From NCBI RefSeq assembly GCF_009914755.1, contig NC_060934.1: 64,000 bases of DNA. One strand, given 5' to 3'. The notes beneath the pieces are model-generated. The model saw nothing but the letters and a program-made list of their open reading frames with translations. It had not been told where the DNA came from and did not search any database. The DNA is from the human T2T-CHM13v2.0 reference genome, Homo sapiens. Shown piece after piece: positions 1-14,624 of this stretch (position 1 is the first letter of the stretch; each line of letters begins with the position of its first letter). Position numbers and translations under genes: made by a program.

Positions 1-112
1 GGCACTGTTCTTGTGCTTTATGTATGTTAAATTGTTTAAACATCCCACAGCAACCCTACAAGGTGGGCACTGTTACTCCCATTTTATACATGAGGAAACA
101 GGCATAGAGAGA
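1..112 (+). mobile_element. MIR SINE fragment
   Basis: Core MIR motif cccattttatacatgaggaaacaggcatagagag preceded by catcccacagcaaccctacaagg. Confidence 0.75.
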
Positions 113-205
113 TTATATGGGAAGTTGTTGGTGATCTTGTTGGGTGGTTTTATTAAAGTGGGAAGAAAGAAGCCAAGTTGAAGATGGTTAAAAAACAATG
201 AATGA

Positions 206-490
206 TTTTTCTTTTTAAAGACAGGGTCTCCCTCTGTTGCCCAGGCTGGAGTGCAGTGGTGTGATCGTAGATCACTGCAGCCTTAAACTCCTGGGTTCAA
301 GTGAATCTTCCTGTCTCAGCCTCCAGCCTCCCGAGTAGCTGGGACTCGGCTGGCGAATTTTTAAGTTTTTTGTAAAGATGGGGTCTCACTGTGTTGCCTA
401 GGCTGGTCTGAAACTCCTGGCCTCATGTGATCTTACCACCTCCGCCTCCCAAAGTGCTGGGATTATAGGCGTGAGCCACCACACCCAGCC
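206..490 (-). mobile_element. Alu (AluJ-like)
   Basis: T-rich tail then gacagggtctc...cccaggctggagtgcagtgg...gtgagccaccacacccagcc; J-type cactgcagcct and ctgggttcaag. Confidence 0.93.
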
Positions 491-1058
491 CCTGAATGAA
501 ACACTTTGAAAAAGAGTGAGAAATGAGCAAGTGCTGACACAGTGGGTGCAGACCACTCTTTTAAGATTAGCTCTGAAGTGAACAAAGAAATGGGTTGGTG
601 GATAAAGGAAATTGTGAGGCTCAGAAAATGAGTGAAAATGGCATTGCTGTATGTAGGAAAGGGGATGCAGAGTACGGGTAGAGAGTTTGGCCCTCAGTAG
701 AGGAGAGATCTTTTCCATCTAACAGGAGGAAATGCAGAAAAGTTGTGTGCCCTTGCGAGGAAGTTTGGAAGTTGGAAGGTGAAGGCCTATTCTCCTGGCT
801 TTCATCTTCTCTGTGGTTTCTGTTTGCTCAATGAAGCATGAGATTCATACGGGCAGAAAGGGATGGGAGTTTGGGGAGTTTGAAGCAGTTTGCCAAGAAG
901 TATTGATTGTTCATTTAAGGTTTAAAATCTTGAATTTAAAGTGATATCAGTCAGCCTGGTTTTGTGACCCCCCACCCCCCCAGCATTATTTAGCTGATTA
1001 GTTACAGGCACAGATTAAGGCAGGTAGTTGAATTTACCCAGGGTGAGATTTTGCCAGG

Positions 1059-1433
1059 TGTATTAGAGTTCTCCAGAGAAACAGCAAATCGGAGTTATAG
1101 GTAGGTAGACTGAGATTTTAAGGCATTTGTTTTTGTGAGGGCTGGCAAGTCTGAAATCTGTAGGGCAGGCAGGAAATTCTTGGTCAGGAGTTAATACTGC
1201 AGCCTTGAGGCAGAATTTTGTTTTTCTCAGGGAAACTTGTTTTTGCTATTAAAGCCTTACCAAGTGATTGGATGAGGCCTACCCACGGTATCAAGGATAA
1301 GCTCCTGTACTTAAACTTGACTGTTTGTAGATATTAATCACATCTACAAAATACCTTCACAGCAACTACATTAGTGTTTGAATAACTGGGTACTACAGAC
1401 TAGCCAAATTGACACTTAAAACTAACCATCACA
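1059..1433. mobile_element. MLT2-type (ERVL) solo LTR
   Basis: Starts tgtattagagttctccagagaaacag, contains gctggcaagtctgaaatctgtagggcagg, ends ttgacacttaaaactaaccatcaca; 5-bp flanks ccagg/ccaga resemble a TSD. Confidence 0.8.
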
Positions 1434-2117
1434 CCAGATCAGTTCAAAAGAAGGAAAGGGGGACAAGGGAAATAAGGACCTTTTAACTAGAATGCTTATT
1501 GTGTGGTGGTGGTTGAGTGTGTAACTGGCCACAGGGTTTGAGTAAGTTAACTTGAAAGATTGAATGCCATGGTCAGAGTGGAATACCTGAAAGAGAGATT
1601 TCACAAGTATGACAATTATTGACATTAATAATGCTCAGGTTAACTTTGGGTGTGGGCTTCCGAGGTGGAATTCAGAGACAAATCCTGAACGTGAGGAGGC
1701 CAATGAGTTAAAGAGTCTGAGGTATTAAAAAAGGGTCAGTCTGCATGCATGGTGAAATCAGCAACTAGTGAGGGGAGTAAGGGTACGTACTGTAAACCAG
1801 TTGTAATGTCCTCAATGAATAAGGAAGAATTGGAGGGAGGCTAGACGAACAAGAAAGGTTAAAGGTAGTGTAACAGGCTAAGTTTGCTTGTCACAAATTG
1901 GGAATTTCAGAAGGCCAAGTAAAGGAATTAGGAGGATGAAGAATTGAGTCAAATGGAGGACGTACACAGCAGTGTGGCAGTGAGAATTCAGAGAATAATA
2001 GATAACCAGGGAGAGCTGGATTTTTTCTGGTGACCATAAGCAGGGATGTGAGGTATGAGAGGATTAGTCCTGATACAGGAGATGGTGGTTATCACTTTTA
2101 GTGTTGTAGGACTCTGT

Positions 2118-2250
2118 GGCAGTGCTTTCAGACTGTTACTCATGACCCATTAGTAGGTTATAGAATTTTGGGAGATCACAATTTCTGTTATGTTGTTAAA
2201 AGAAATGAAATAGAAAATACCATAGTGTGTCATGTGTAATAAGGGACTAA
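2118..2250. mobile_element. Short hAT-Charlie-type DNA transposon fragment
   Basis: cagtgctttcagactg...gacccattagtaggttatagaattt resembles Charlie-family MITE termini; a related piece lies in the opposite orientation at about 49750-49820. Confidence 0.4.
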
Positions 2251-2499
2251 GAATTTTTTAACGGTTTTATTGAGATATAATTCACATACCATTATAGTTA
2301 TCTATTTGAAATATACAGCTCAAAGCTTTTTTAGTATATTCCTGGAATAATGGAGCCATCATCACAGCCTAACTTTAGAACATGTTTGTCACCCCAGAAA
2401 GTAACCTCATACTCACTAGCAGTCACTCCCCATTTCTTCACACACACCCCCTCCTCTCCCTGGCCCTAAACAGCCACTTACCCACTTTCTTCTCTATAG

Positions 2500-2868
<369 letters not shown>

Positions 2869-2935
2869 TGACTGGCTTATTTCACTTAGCATGATGTTTT
2901 TAAGGTTCATGTATCATGTATCAGTACTTCGTTTC

Positions 2936-3572
<637 letters not shown>

Positions 3573-4123
3573 CTTCATTTCTTTTTATGGTGAAATATTA
3601 TTTGGTTGTACGATATGCCACATTTTATTTACCTACACTTCATTTGATGGGCATTTGGATTGTTTACACTTTTTGGCTATAGTAAGTAATATAGTACACA
3701 AGTTATGAATATGAACATTTGTACACAAGTTTTTTTGTGTTGTATGTTTTCATTTCTCTTGGGTATGTATCCAAGAGTGGAATTGCTGGGTCATATGGGT
3801 AACTCTATGCTTATTATTTTGAAGAACTGCCAAACTGTTTTTCAAAGTGGCTGCACCATTTTACATTTCCACCAGCAAGGTGTGAAGATTCCAAATTCTC
3901 CACATCCTATTCAAGCTTGTTATTGTCTGTCTTGAAAATAGCCACCTGATGAGAGTGAAGTGATAGCCCATTGTGATTTTAAATTGCACTTCCCTGATAG
4001 CTAATGATATTGAACATAGTTTCATGTGCTTCTTGGCCACTTTTATATCTTCTGGAGAAGTATTTCAGATTCTTTGCCTATTTTAAAAATTGAGTTATTT
4101 ATCTTTTTATTACGTTGTAAGAG

Positions 4124-4420
4124 TTTTTTTTTTTTTTTTTTTTTTTTAAGAGATGGGGTTCTTGCTCTGTCACCCATCCTGGAGTGCAGTGATGCAACCT
4201 GGGCTCACTGCAGCCTCAAACTCTTGTACACAAATGATCCTCCCTCCCCAGCCTCACAAGTAGCTAGGACCACAGGTGTGCCCTGCTAATTTTTAAAATT
4301 TTTTGTAGAGATGGGGTCTCACTGTGCCGCCTAGGTGCTGTAACTCCTGGGCTCAAGTGATCCTCCCACCTTGGCCTCCAAAAGTGCTGGGATTACAAAC
4401 ATGAGCTTCCTCGCCTGGCC
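4124..4420 (-). mobile_element. Alu (AluJ-like)
   Basis: Poly(T) then Alu body ending cgcctggcc; flanks aagagttt / aagagttct resemble a TSD. Confidence 0.9.
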
Positions 4421-5399
4421 AAAGAGTTCTTTATATATTATAGATACAAGTTGCATAACAGATGTATGGTTTATAAATATTTTCTCCTGTTTCAGAGGTA
4501 GTCTTTTTACTTTCTTGATGGCATCATTTGTAGCACAAAAAGTTTTAATTTCAATAAAGAAATCCAATGTATTTGTTTTTCCCTTGTGCTTTTGGAATCT
4601 TTTATAAGAAGCCAATGCTTAACTCAAGGTCATGAAGACAACTTCTGCATTTTCTTCTGAGTTTTATAGTTTTAGCTCTTACATTTAGGTCTGTGATCCA
4701 TTTTGAGTTAATTTTATGGTGTATGGTATAAGGAAGGCATGTGAGGTAATTCATTTGCATATAGACATGCAGTTGTCCTAGCTCCATTTGTTGAAAATAC
4801 TGTTCTTTCTTACCAAATTGTCTTGGGCATTCTTGAAAAAAAGGCAGATTTATTTCTGGACTCTGAATTCTATTCCATTGATCTATGTGTCTATTCTTAG
4901 GTTCCCACGGTGTGTTGATTACTGTAGTTCAGAATTTTTTGAAAGTTGTGTTTCACATAGATGTGTGAGTATATTTATATATAGATACACACAGAGGTGT
5001 GTGTGTAATGGGTTATGTTGGAAAATGTTGGAAAACCTATGGTGTCTCCCCATTAGTTCACTCGCTTGTGGCAACTTAGTGGAGTATGTTCCCTCTCAGG
5101 TAATATACAGAGAAGACAGGTTAGAGGGTCTGTCTGTGAGTGTATGAATTCCTTTTAGATTGGATGACTGATTTTTCTTACTTTAGTAAAGTTTTCAAGT
5201 GCATGTGGACTGAAGGGCAGTAAGGAGGGCATAGAACAGCTATGGGAATTCCTAAAGAATTCATCAGAGATGAATGTAACGATTATGGAGTGAAGTATTT
5301 GAAATTTTGAAGTTAGCAGGGTTTTGTACTGTGCCAGTCTTTCATGATTTAAAAAAAAAAAAACTTTTTTGAATATATTAAGCATGTCTGTGTCGGATA

Positions 5400-6020
5400 A
5401 CTTAAGACATTATATAAGGAAAATTATATAGATAATTTAAGGTTTGGGAATGATGCTATCTCCTTCTAGAGAGGATTTTTGTTGACTTTGGCAGGAGGCA
5501 AGCTAGTGGCACTAGCAATCCCGAATCATCTTAATCCAGTCAGAGACTATGATGTTTCAAAACTGGGTTCCGGAGTCTACGAAGGCTGGTCTATTTTATG
5601 TTTTATTTACTTCTAGGTATGACCCCTTGGAGTTCTAGCATAAAGCCAGGGATGTTATCAGCCCCACATGCCCCCACCCTCACACTTTCTTGGGCCCTTA
5701 ACTCCAATATTTAATCCTCTCTAGTCATGTAAATCTATTGCAAGTTCAAGCTCAGCTTCTCAGCCACGTCTTTGGAATTGGCAGATCCCTTCAGGGGGAG
5801 AAATGGCCCCGGATGCCAGACTCCCTTATGAGCTTTTCCTTACTCTCCCAGATCTTGGTCTTCATGCTTTTTCACTACCTTGGCACTCTGATGCCCTCAA
5901 ACAGGTTTTTTGGTTTTGATTTTTAAAACATTTTTTCTGGGGACTTGGGCAGGTGTCCAGTTTTTCTAGTTGCTCTCAGTACGATAATTGGTTTGAATTA
6001 TCTAGTTCACCATTTTAAGG
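5400..6020 (-). mobile_element. Old L1M 5' region fragment (tentative)
   Basis: Degenerate similarity to ancient L1M 5'UTR-type sequence, recognised by eye only. Confidence 0.35.
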
Positions 6021-7280
6021 AAAGCGATTTGTTAGGTTGATCAAGGTTTATGTCATAAGATTCTCTGTTTGAAATTGTAGTATATGTGGTTTCAGTTTTT
6101 CCTGAGGGTAAGATTTTGGGTACCAGTTTCTACAGATTATAGAAATTATTAGAAAAGGGGGAAATAGCCTTAGGAATAGAAATGGGAGGGAAAATGGCAG
6201 AGAAAACTAGATATTTTTGCAAAGTTTGGGAAAGATAAAGGTATAGGGTAACATTTTCATGTCTATTAGGAGTGTAAAAGGGCATTCATGTATCAAAGGC
6301 GCTGACATATTTGTTGTAATGATATTGTCATAATTAAAAGGCTGTAGAATCTAGGTATTGTGGGGGTGGCTTTGAGAAGTATCTACTTAGTCGTGTTGAA
6401 TAAAATTTTTAAATTTCGCAGAGAAACCCTAGGATACTGAGTCATTAATTGAAGGAGTCAACTTTGGGGCTGGACTTATGGTTGTGTCTTATAGCAGTAT
6501 AAATCTGCGCAGCCAGTAGTATGTAAGGGATTGCAGAAAGAATTTAATTTCATAGAACCCATTATTAATATGAGAGATACAAAATGATACTGATTTTGAT
6601 TTAGCATGCCATCTTCATTTATGTATGAAAATAAATGTAAGGTCTTAAAGAGTTTTTGTTTTTGATTCTCTAAGCTATTCCCATACTTCTTAAATTTCAA
6701 AATTACAAAGTTTTCCATACATCTTAATCATTATAATTGAGGAAAAATGGTATATCTTTAATAGCCCCTTCTTCTCTTGAGAAAATGATAGATACTGGGT
6801 GTATTTCAGAAGGTTTTATCAGCAGAGTTTTGGTTGATATTTTAAACTTTTTGAGGATAGGAATTGTTTAGTAAAATGATGCCCTCTCTTTTTTGGCTCC
6901 ATCTTCCAGTATATGTGTCATAGGAACCTGGTTTAAGTTCAGTGTGTTTCTTTGTTACACCTGTCAGTAGAATCGGCTATTACTGTTTTTTGGTTCCTTA
7001 CAACTGAACATTTTGGTCACCGTCCTCACCCACTTTTTAAAGTGACTTCATTCTCCCACATCACTCCCAACTGAAGAATGTTCAGACATACACATTGAAA
7101 GAATATTACGGTAAACACCTGTATACTTCATTTGGATATTGTGGTTGTTAGCTTTTTTGTCATATTCGTTTATGTCTCTCCTAAAAGTAAACACATTCTC
7201 TTACATATGTCATACTTAAGCCCTTAATATCTAGTTCATATTCAAGTTTTGCTAATTATTCCCCCAAAAGGTCAGTTTGT

Positions 7281-7427
7281 GCTGCAACCAGGTACTGTGA
7301 TTTCTCACCTAGTTTCCATAGCTCTTGTGAAGGTGTTTTCGTGCATGGATAGTGTTCAAATTGATGTTTCTGTTAGGGGACAATCACTGGAGAGTCCTAT
7401 TCTTCCATCTTATTCTGCCCCTCTCCT
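7281..7427 (-). mobile_element. Isolated L1M 5'-terminal fragment
   Basis: ccaggtactgtgatttctcacc...tgaaggtgttttcgtgcatggatagtgttcaaattgatgtttctg...cctattcttccatctt matches the antisense of an old L1 5' end; flanked by a duplication of about 17 bp. Confidence 0.6.
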
Positions 7428-7960
7428 CCAAAAAGGTCAACTTGTAACTGCTTTTTTCAAACCAATATTCAATCAGTTTATGAACCACATTTGATCGTTG
7501 TTGCTTTAGTCACTTATACAACAGTTGTCCTGTTTTCTAGTTTTTTTTTTTTTTTTTTACACTCATGATATTGGCTTCTTGAAGAGACCAGGCCATTTGT
7601 CATATAGAATGTTTCCCATATTTTGGATTTGTCTGATTTTCTTGTAGCAATTAACTTTTATCTCAATTCCCACTGTATTTCCTAAAGTAGAAGATTGAGC
7701 CTAAAGACTGGATTATATTTAGTTTTTTTTGGCTTAGTTACTCCTGTGTACGTTATATTGACTCATAACACAGGCATCAGGTGGTTTGCCTAAAGTGTGA
7801 TCATTTGGTGTTAAGGTGGTATTCACCAGATCTATCCATTATAACAATGGGTTTCCCCTTGACAATCAGCAGATCAGTGAGATGACGTTTTGGTTCCCTT
7901 TGAATATCCTGTTTTCCAGCAGCCTTTTACCTGTGTGTTGAGTCTCTTGGTGAGCTTTGA

Positions 7961-8308
<348 letters not shown>

Positions 8309-8561
8309 TAATATTAACCAGCTTTCCTCTGTTAAGAAGACCTTTCCCTCTTGTCAACTGGGATTGAACTACAGTTCTTCCTAACAAGATGAGATAAATG
8401 TTTATTTCTCTTCAATATACCAACTCTTTTTAACATACCAATTTTGAAAATTTAACCAATTTGGAGTAGTCATCTTCAAAAAGTGGCACATAACTTTCAG
8501 TCTCTCTGTATCACAGGGATTTTTGTTTTTTTCAGAAGTTTTATGATCATTTCAGTCATTC

Positions 8562-9985
8562 TTTTTAAAATAGTCTTCATTTGTAGAAGTTTTAGTTTTA
8601 CAGAAAAATTGAGTATATACTACAGTTTCCATATACCCCAGACCCAATTTCTCCTATAATTAACATCGTATGTTTGCATGGCACATTTATTACAATTAGT
8701 GAAAAGTATTGGTACATTATTAACTAAAATCCATAGCTTATTCAGCTTTTCTTAGTTTTTAGCTAGTGTTTTTGTTTTGTTTTTTCAAGATCCCATCTGG
8801 AATACCACATTACATTTTGTTGTCATATCTCCTTAGGATTTCTTAGCTGTGAGTTTCTCAGATATTCCTTTTTGTGATTACCTTGACTGCTCAAATATTT
8901 TGTAGGATACCGTTTTATTGGAATTTGATGTTTTTCTCATTTTTAGACTGGCCTTATGGGTTTCTAGAAGGAAAATCACAGAGGTAAAGCATCATTTCAT
9001 CACATCCTGTCAAGGGTATGTACTGTTAACATAATTTATGACTTGATTTTGACTTTGATCACCTGGCTGAGGTAATGTTTGTCTGATTTTTCCATTGTAA
9101 AGTTACTCTTTTTTCCTCCTTTTCATACTGTAATACTGGGGAAAGGTGACCATGCACAGCCCACACTTTAGGGAGTTATGTCCTGCTTCTTGATGGCAGA
9201 GTATCTACATAAATTATTAATATTTGGAATCCTTCTGTGCAGGAGATTTTTATTTTCTCCCATTTAGTAATTTGTTCAGTCATTTATATCAGTATGGACT
9301 CATGGTTGCTTATTTTATACTTTGGGTTATAGTCCAATACTATTAATACTTAATTTTGCTACACACATTGTTTCAGATTTGGCCATTGGGAACCCCTTTA
9401 GTTAGCTCCTGTGCCTGTGACATACTTCCATCGGTGTGGGTGTTTTGTGAGCACTTACTTTCTGGCACTGCAGGATACTCCCAGCTCATCTTGTATGTTT
9501 TCTACCCTAGTCCTGGGATCAGCCGTTTCTCTAAGGAGCACTGTTTCCTTTAATTAGAAAATGGTATTAGAAACAAAGATCTAGGTGCCCTTGTTGCTAC
9601 TGGGATGTTGTGTTTTAGGTACTCTCAGCAGATAGAGCAAATAAATATATTCATATATTAGAAATATCTGTATATCTATGTGTCTAGAGAGAGATATAAG
9701 TATTTAATATTATATATCAGTATTTATATGTGCATAAATATTTGTAACCATCTGTATCTATATAAGCTAAACATGAATTCTTAATGTCTTCAACTCTAAT
9801 CTATTACCATACGGATCATTCCTGGTCCTCCCGTTACTGACCAGTAAATTTCCTCCAATAGCGGGAAACCTGCCTCCCAGCACACACCATTTATTTACTT
9901 AGTTGTTCAATTCCAACATAGGTCTTATAGCAGTATCAGAATTGTTAACTCACACCCAATGGAAACAGCTGTATCAACTAGGAGT
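8562..9985 (-). mobile_element. L1MC/MD 3' UTR
   Basis: ttttagttttacagaaaaattgag...ggcacatttattacaattagtg...tactttctggcactgcaggatactcccagctcatcttg motifs. Confidence 0.75.
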
Positions 9986-10019
9986 GTTTTTTGTTTGTTT
10001 GTTTGTTTTTTGTTGTTCA

Positions 10020-11445
<1,426 letters not shown>

Positions 11446-12049
11446 TGATGATCAGTTGTCTCACATTTGGCCAGTGAGAGTCTCTTGAGGTGGCTGCTGT
11501 GTCCATTTTGATCTGACCTGGTTGATCGTTGAATGCTTCCTTGCTTTCTGGCAGGATAAAATGTATTTCAACCTGTACTTATCTTGCCTTAACCTGGGAC
11601 ACTCCTTTTCTTTAGGAAGTTGGCTTCAGTCTTAATTTTATGTGATTGCTCACGTCTTTCATCTAAACTTTAAACAGATTTGACACATTGAGATCAGCAC
11701 TTTTGCCTTTTTTTGGTAGTCAACAAGAGCAACTGAGGTGTCCTGTTGATGCTAGTATTTAATGTCTTAAAACTTGTCTTAAAAACAGAACATTTTCCTG
11801 TTCAATTTATATAAGCAAAAAGACACTTTAACTGTATCCAGCCAAACTCTTCTATGGCATCTCTGAAAGTAATTTATACTTTGCCAGTTTGTACTTTTGC
11901 TAAGAGATAGTTGAAAACCACACCTTTTTAAGAAGTTCAGAAATTGAGGATGCGGTATTCTGAATTATCTAATTTGATTTTTCTGCATCTCTACAGTTGT
12001 TTCATTACTTAGTAAAGCGTTTCCAACTTTAGCTTCAGGGTTTTTCTTT

Positions 12050-12280
12050 TACTTTTAACAAATATTATGTGCCAACACTTACAAATAGTAACTCATTTAA
12101 TTATTTTAACCTTGCTGGTAGATATGGTTATTCTCCTCTCTCCCTCATAGATGGGGAAACTCAGGCAAGATGAAGTTAAGTAACTTGCGCAGGGTCATAC
12201 ATGAGTGGCAGGGCCAGAGTCTGAATCCAGACAGTTGGCTCCAGACGCCAGACTCCTAGCCACTGCTTTGTGCTGCCCCT
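12050..12280 (+). mobile_element. MIR SINE
   Basis: atagatggggaaactcaggcaagatgaagttaagtaacttgcgcagggtcatac...gtggcagggccagagtctgaatccag. Confidence 0.85.
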
Positions 12281-13585
12281 CTTTCCTCTGCTAGTTAAGT
12301 CGAAAAAGTTGTTTGTGATTCTGCATCTTGCTTTCCTCTTCTCTTATTAATTATAGTATAATGGGTGTCACTCTTATTACCATAAGCCTTAGTATGGCAT
12401 TGCGAGCACCAGTTAATTAAGCAATAACGTTTTGAGATCCCTAATTGGAAGAATTCAGAGCGGTGTATTGCTTTGAGTTAGTTGGCCCTTTGCTGCAACT
12501 CTGGCCATGAGACAACGTTATCTTGAATAGTGATAATGTGTAAAAAGATGAGGCCTCCTTTTTTTTTTAAAAAAAAAATTAAATTCATTTAGAGTATGAA
12601 TTTTAAAGTAGTGTAGTCAGTGATGATATAAGATCAAAGAATAAGTGAAAACACTTCATAAGGCACAGAGAGCTAAATGTGTGTAACTGTTTTATTGGTG
12701 TACATAGTTACTGCTGGAACTACAGAGGAAGAATCATTATTTTATGGGAAGAACATATGTTACTGGAAATCCTAGATTCTTAGATCACAATTCTAAATTC
12801 CAGTTCTTTGATGTGTTAACATAGGGTCCATTGCATCCTATTTACTGGTTTATTTTTATCCTTGCTCTGCTTCTTCATAATTGTAATTAAGTAAAACTTT
12901 CTGGTTCCCCAAGGTCAGGGCATACTCTTTTTGAAAATAATATTAACTACTGCTGATGAGAGGAAGAGAGCAACAGGAAGCATTTAAAAAAATTTTTTTT
13001 AAACTAACGGCAAATATAAAATATTTAGGAAAAAGGTAAAGATTAAAAGTACCTATAGCTAGTAATATTTTGGTGTACTTCTTTTTATGTATTTTGTGCA
13101 CATGTGAGAGAGATTTATATACATGGGTACACACATGTATAATTTGTAAGGATACAAAAATCATATTAGCTTACGTTAATTGAGGACTAGAGTACTGATA
13201 ACTGCTTTTATTTAAGTCTAGGAAATAGATTTTGTTTAAAAGAAATGTATTCTTAATAGAGAAATAATTTTTATAAAATAAGAGATTTGCAGCATTGCTT
13301 TTTTTGTATAAGTATGCTAAGACTGCCATCTCTTTATTTAACAGGAAGGAGTTTTAAACTTTAACTTAATAGGAAGATGTTTCAGGGGTTCTCTGAAGTC
13401 AAGAATGTTTTCATATAATACTAGAAGTGTTATTTGCCTTTTTCATGTCTGTTCTCAAGAGTTTTTCTGAGGCCATGTGACTTGCCCTGTGATGTGGCAA
13501 CAGACTGTATAGAAGCAAATGAGAGAACCCAGCTGTCTGAAATTAAGCCAGACCATAAAGGGATTTGCAGAAATGTAGAACAATG

Positions 13586-14003
13586 TGTGAGAAACACATT
13601 CACCCGTCCAAACCCGATGAATGGACTCAGAGACATGAAGAACAGCGGAAGTGAGACTTTCAATGGCAGTCTTGCAAGATCAGGTGTCTGGTAGGCAGGC
13701 ACACCCGGGGCAGGTACAGCAGGTAATTTATCTCCTAGCACGCAGGTCTCTTCCCCAGTTCCTCACTGGTCGAGTACTATGGGGTTACAGTCTTCCCGGA
13801 CGTTGCCTAAGTTTCATTATCCCCCTTAAAAGGTTATACTCCAGTCCCCTTCCCCCCGTAACTTTCAATTTCCCAATAGCAAAACTTTCTTCCCTTTTAT
13901 GGGCTGACCCCTCCTCTACATTCTGATCACTTATCATGACTTTATAGGTGCATGAGCCATGCAATTTGTCACATCCGCAGGCTGACTGCCAGTACTTAGA
14001 TTT
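13586..14003 (-). repeat. Provirus 3' LTR, missing the first ~41 bp of U3
   Basis: Aligns to 17773-18189; similarity ends at gtacttagattt and joins directly to env sequence. Confidence 0.92.
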
Positions 14004-14472
14004 GTTTCTCGGTCTAGAATGGATGGATTGTCATTGGTGATGAGTATAGGATTGCATTCTAAATTGTGGCAGTTATTTGGCAGGGAGCCCTTGGACAGAT
14101 GTAGTTTATTCTTCAAGGGTCTCCAGCTTAGAGTTACCCACCCCGTTTACTGTCCAACCCTGAAAATGGGTAGTCTACCATACATCATCCCAGCTGGGTG
14201 GGGCAGGATGATGCTCTACTGTAACCTGTATCTGGTTCAGGGCAAAGATACTTATCTGCCTGCGAGAGCTATCCCTGATTTTCCAAATTCCCACAAGGTA
14301 AGACCTGGCAGGCATCAAATCTTACAGTCTGGGATGCTACTGTCTTGGTTACACTAATTACCAACCTCATTGGATAGGGAGGAGTCCCCTGCCAGTTTCC
14401 ATTTTGACCTTCTGCTTTTTGTATAGTAGCCCATCCCAGCCATATTAACTTCGAGAAATGGGGCCAACCCAT
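14004..14472 (-). pseudogene. env: env remnant (signal peptide and start of SU only)
   Basis: ORF MGWPHFSKLIWLGW...RLVISVTKTVASQTVRFDACQVLPCG resembles the HERV-IP-type SU N-terminus. Confidence 0.75.
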
Positions 14473-14624
14473 GTTTTCTTTTTAGATTTTTCTCAGAGTT
14501 AACTTTAAGGGTTCCTCAGTGCACTTTCCACTGGTCTTTTCCCCTCCCTTCCAGGGTCTCTTTTACCAATCCCTTGACTCAAGGATAGTGAGTCCACCCC
14601 TGTTCAGCTGTTTGCACAGCTATC

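Noticed and set aside
5040-5340. Unique stretch with cag|gtaat donor-like site and small hairpins
   Set aside because: No matching acceptor or ORF and no recognisable miRNA or snoRNA features.
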